Source: Trypethelium eluteriae (Eukaryota). From it: a DNA stretch of 24,550 nt. The notes under the pieces were generated by a model. That model was not told the DNA's origin and searched no databases. It saw only the letters and a list, made by a program, of their open reading frames with translations. Positions 20,696 to 24,550 of this stretch are shown in pieces (position 1 is the first letter of the stretch; every line of letters starts with the position of its first letter). Position numbers and translations under genes: made by a program. The DNA lies in NCBI GenBank assembly GCA_051942245.1, contig JAVECL010000032.1, positions 62,001 through 86,550 on the forward strand, in the 5' to 3' direction.

Positions 20696-21888
20696 ATGAG
20701 TTTGTTGAAACTTCCCAATGAGATCATCCTCGACATAGTCGACTATCTCGACGAGCAATGGCACATCTATGCGACTACCTGCGTAAACCGGCGACTATAT
20801 CGGCTCCTTAGAGACGAATTACTTCGACATAGCATTCATTTCCGAGGAGGGGACGCTCTTATTTGGGCAGCAAGGAAAGGTCGCTCTGACACAGTCCACG
20901 CAACCCTTCGTCTTGGAGCGGATATCAATGCCACCAGGACACGACCACGGGGGATAACTCCTTTGTATGCTGCGGCAAAGACTGGAAGTGTGTCTATGGT
21001 GGAGACATTGCTCAACATGGGTGCAGATCCTGAGGCAGGGGGGGTTCGTAATAGAAAGCCTCTGTACACAGCACTCGTGTCCAGGAATGAAGAGGTCGCT
21101 CGCATACTTTTTGACGAAACTAGCAACATGGACATTTCTATCGCAGAACCGGAACAAGATCAAACAGCTTTGCATGTCGCCTGTTACTGTCGCCTCCTAG
21201 AGTCTATACAATATTTCCTTGAACGGGGTGCCAATGTCAATAGAATCACTTCACAGGCATCCACACCACTTGACCTCATCCTTCGCTCGAGCAACTCAAA
21301 TCCCGGGTACTCTCTATCTGAGAATGATTTCAAAATTGTCTTGCTACTCCTTGAATTCGGGACAAAGCTAAGTGAGAAGACATGTATGTATGGACTCAAA
21401 CATCCCGATCGAAGAGTAAGGGGACTCTTCCAGACAAGTGGTACAGTCAAGGATACAGGGAAAAGAGTGCTGATCGGACGTTCTTGGATGGCTTCGAGTG
21501 CAGAGTTCGATCCAAATGAGTTATATGGATCTAGCGGCATAAATCGGGGGCGTTCTCAACCAGCGAGGTAAGCCACGAGCGACCCTGCGATCTAAACGAT
21601 TCCCAGTAGCACAGCAGACATCTGACCTATGCCTGCAGCCAGGATACCCAGCAATCTGTGGACGAAACCTTTCCTGCATTGAATCACAGTAGCCAACCTA
21701 ATGAACCAGCACAACGTCATGAGTGGACACCGTCTAAGGTCCAACGAATAATTGCAGACTTCTCAAATGCCAAACGTCCGTTGCGAGTCGGACCTCTACC
21801 ACGCGATCCATTCCCCAAACTTGGGCCGCTGGAGATCTCTACCAGGACCAGTGCAGGAGATCTATGGAGGACTTTCAGGGGCCAATAA
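20696..21888 (+). CDS. F-box-like plus ankyrin-repeat protein, about 373 aa. Exons: 20696-21567, 21639-21888; the frame continues past the TAA to 22008
   Basis: N-terminal MSLLKLPNEIILDIVDYL (F-box-like). Ankyrin repeats ALIWAARKG, TPLYAAAKTG..LLNMGAD, TALHVAC..FLERGANVN and TPLDL. Intron AG|GTAAGC..CTGAC..CAG joins in frame to ORF 21658-21888. Confidence 0.8.
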
Positions 21889-22355
21889 CCGTCCATAACT
21901 ACCTCTGCGAAGCAAGCTGATCCATCGAAAGACTTGTCTGAGCCTCTTTTACCATCGCAAATCTCCAATAGAAAGAGCAAAAAGAAGTGGCAGCCCTTAA
22001 AGGTTTAAAGAGCGTAGACTTGGACTATATCGGCGCTTGAACCCTTGATTCAATGCAGAATCCAGGCAGACTTCATGAGGAATAAGTTGAATCAATCTCA
22101 AGGAGCAATCTCTACGAATGTATCCACGATATCATTCGAGACGATACGAAACGGCTGCAAGGCTTCATCGCTGGAGGTCAGCTGTTGGTAAGATCCGCGC
22201 TATTGATAAGTCGTAATGAACCAATGGTTGACCAGTTATGAAAGAATTGTCCCAATGTATGTATGTACATGAACTCTAGAAAATGAAACAGACATGGTAT
22301 CCGCTCCCGGAGTTGAGACACACAAGTGCAATAGAACCATCCATCTAGACTAGTG

Positions 22356-23240
22356 CTAGCTCCCGGTCCGAAATCGACAGTTCCTGGTGTGACGCTGGCA
22401 ATTATCCTTCCGCGAGGAGGTGGCGTGGCATTTTGTACACTCGAATCTTACACCAGCATGCTTGCTCTGACTATGGCGCTCCAAGGTCCTAGCATCTGCA
22501 AAATCCTGTCCACAAGTCGAGCACACCGGTCTTGGTGCGTGCTTTCTTTCGTGGACTAGGAGACGAGACTCTGTGGCAAAGTTTCTCGGACACTTGCTGC
22601 ATTTAAAGTGCACCGCTCGAGGCAAGGTTTGTGTACGGAGTGCTGACGGGATTTCCAAAGTGCTGGCAGGTTGGTTAAATGCACTTGGACTCGAGATAAT
22701 GGGTTCTGTCGATGATGCCATTAATGGCATGTCGTGGGCCTGTTGTCGATCCGTCCAAGCGCCAGTCATGATGTCAGAAGCGTGTTCTTGTGGGGCATTT
22801 TTGAGTGTCCCATCTTGCTGACCTGCGACGTCGAACAAGGGTTGATTGAAAGTAGGAAAAGATTGACTGCTGGAGTGCAAGCTGACTTGTATGGCGGGAT
22901 GTGTGTTAATAGGAGATCTTGTGAGAGGATCATTGAGGATGGTGAATTCCGCAGCATCTGGAGCTTCAACTCCACTTCCGTTTGTCCAAAAGTTCCCAGG
23001 TGGTTCCGAGCCGTTAGAGAACTCAGAATACTCAGGCTCGTGAAAGAGAAATTCTTGTTCTGTCTCGTAAATGGCATTATTCTTCAATGATAGCCATCCA
23101 CCGATCCAGATGTCAACAGAATCATCGACATTGCGTAGATTTAAGTCCTCAAAATAAACGCCATCCGAGCACGTATTGTATCGCTCGTGGGCCCGATCAT
23201 AATTGTAAGAAATTGAGAAGAGGTGGCGGACTTTGTCCGC
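22356..23240 (-). CDS. C2H2 zinc-finger protein (three C-terminal fingers); 5' end uncertain, possible first exon 23415-23374
   Basis: CSKC..F.....L..HERKH, CSTC..F.....L..HSQSKH and CTKC...SRKDNCQRHTRNC (C2HC). The frame is open from 23240 to the stop at 22356, with an acidic/Pro/Ser-rich N-terminal part. Confidence 0.75.
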   Translation of the reverse strand, partial: ADKVRHLFSISYNYDRAHERYNTCSDGVYFEDLNLRNVDDSVDIWIGGWLSLKNNAIYETEQEFLFHEPEYSEFSNGSEPPGNFWTNGSGVEAPDAAEFTILNDPLTRSPINTHPAIQVSLHSSSQSFPTFNQPLFDVAGQQDGTLKNAPQEHASDIMTGAWTDRQQAHDMPLMASSTEPIISSPSAFNQPASTLEIPSALRTQTLPRAVHFKCSKCPRNFATESRLLVHERKHAPRPVCSTCGQDFADARTLERHSQSKHAGVRFECTKCHATSSRKDNCQRHTRNCRFRTGS

Positions 23241-24273
23241 CTATCGTATCCCTATTGGTGATTATCTCTAACAGGAGGTAACCGCCTCCACGCTATAGCG
23301 ACGTCTGATCAGTATGTAGGATATAGTACATTATGTAGTTGATGGACTGGACACATTGGTAAGCAAAACTTACGTGGGTATCGCACCCCTGCTCATCGCC
23401 CAGCACCCAGGACATGACCTAGGTACCCAGGTGCTCAAGGACCCTTTGCCCCGAACAGAAGGCTATCAACCGATCGCGTAACTTTGTAAATGTAATTCGC
23501 TGCCCAAAAGTCTTCGGACAGCTGGATTGTGAAAGATCGTGTAAGGTTTCTCTCTTCATATATAGTTCTGCGGCTTCCAATCTCAGCCTTGTGTGGCATG
23601 GAACGTTATCTTCATGAAAGCTCTCTGAATCTCGTTAGTGGTGGCCTCCAGTTGCTGTGATTGGTCACCTCAACTTCATAGCGAGGCTGATGGTCCTAGG
23701 AAAAATTCGTAGCTTGCGATTGGTAACCTCAAAAACGGAGTCGTTGGTCGCCTCCAACCGACTTCGGAGGCCGATCCTTCGAGGCCGGTCATTCAAGGCC
23801 TCAGTCCCCTACGGTTGTGTGGCAGATGCCCATATCGACTGGACTTAGCTTGGTGAGCGGCGATTGACTTCCTCGCTATCTCGAATAGGGATAGCTGTTG
23901 TGTCTTCAGTAGCTTGTAGTCAGCGAGATGTTTGCTCCGGTCCTGCGGATTTGGAACCAATGAGCGGCGCCGGGGCTCGGTCAAGGCTAAACCAACTTGA
24001 GTCTCTTGTACACTCGCTGCTTTTAATTAGTGGTACAAAATGATCAAAGCCTTCCACCAGGTAGACTACAGCTGAACATGTACTCTAAGAATGGGCATAT
24101 CACCTAGAACCACAGTAAGAACGACCGTTCTCTATCTGAAATCTCACCTTTTTTTCCTTGACCTACGGTACATACGATGTCTGAGTGCTTCACATGGGAC
24201 GAATGCTGCAAAGAATAGACCTCCACGGCTAAATTGAGAAGTTCAAAATGATTTTACAATATCCCAAGCTATC

Positions 24274-24550
24274 TCAATTGACTAACCAGCGGATCGACTT
24301 TCCACTACCCTCTACTTTATCCCTCCAACACCCAGAAGATACATCATACTCATTCTCCATCACCTCCCACACACCATCGTTCCTCCGCCGCGTACACCGC
24401 ACTCCAACCTTCCCCCCCGGTTCATCTGGCAACGTCACGCCAACATCACGCATCCTCCTCCCCTCCGGCACCACCGGCATCATCCTCAACCCCCGTTCGT
24501 CCAGCCCACACCAAAGCTCGTCCTCCTCCTCCGCGTCCTCCTCCAATCCC
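24274..24550 (-). CDS. 3' end of an unidentified protein-coding gene running off the right edge
   Basis: At least 90 open codons with strong strand purine skew and protein-like sequence (EEDAEEEDELWCGLDERG...GVWEVMENEYD...CWRDK). No family recognised. Confidence 0.5.
   Translation of the reverse strand, partial: GLEEDAEEEDELWCGLDERGLRMMPVVPEGRRMRDVGVTLPDEPGGKVGVRCTRRRNDGVWEVMENEYDVSSGCWRDKVEGSGKSIRWLVN

Noticed and set aside
1..24550. Prokaryote-type systems (CRISPR, operons, defence loci) and tRNA/rRNA genes
   Set aside because: The sequence is spliceosomal-intron-containing fungal DNA; I saw no repeat-spacer array, cloverleaf or rRNA-like segment by eye.

Overview
Eukaryotic genomic DNA from an intron-containing filamentous ascomycete (Pezizomycotina; short GT-AG introns with CTRAC/CTRAT branch points). 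Positions 1-16.3 kb hold conserved housekeeping genes, modelled exon by exon: CHD1/Hrp3 chromatin remodeller (-), RLI1/ABCE1 ribosome-recycling ATPase (+), PRP40 U1 snRNP protein (-), TRS65 TRAPPII subunit (+) and an Mpv17/PMP22 membrane protein (+). The first four form two divergent pairs. Positions 16.3-24.5 kb look less conserved: a possible decayed gene, an arrestin-like protein, an F-box/ankyrin protein, a C2H2 zinc-finger protein and the 3' end of an unknown gene. I found no tRNA, rRNA, CRISPR array or transposon. The most interesting signals are hidden recoding or splicing candidates. (1) An 85-codon, AUG-less, protein-like +1-frame ORF opens just before the RLI1 stop (AGC-UGA-A), and a small hairpin follows the stop; this could be a termination- or recycling-sensitive frameshift. 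(2) A candidate stop-containing 32-nt poison exon sits in the long last intron of PRP40, upstream of an exon encoding an SEEGEI motif. (3) An in-frame TAA interrupts the apparent C-terminus of the ankyrin gene. All three are hypotheses from sequence alone.
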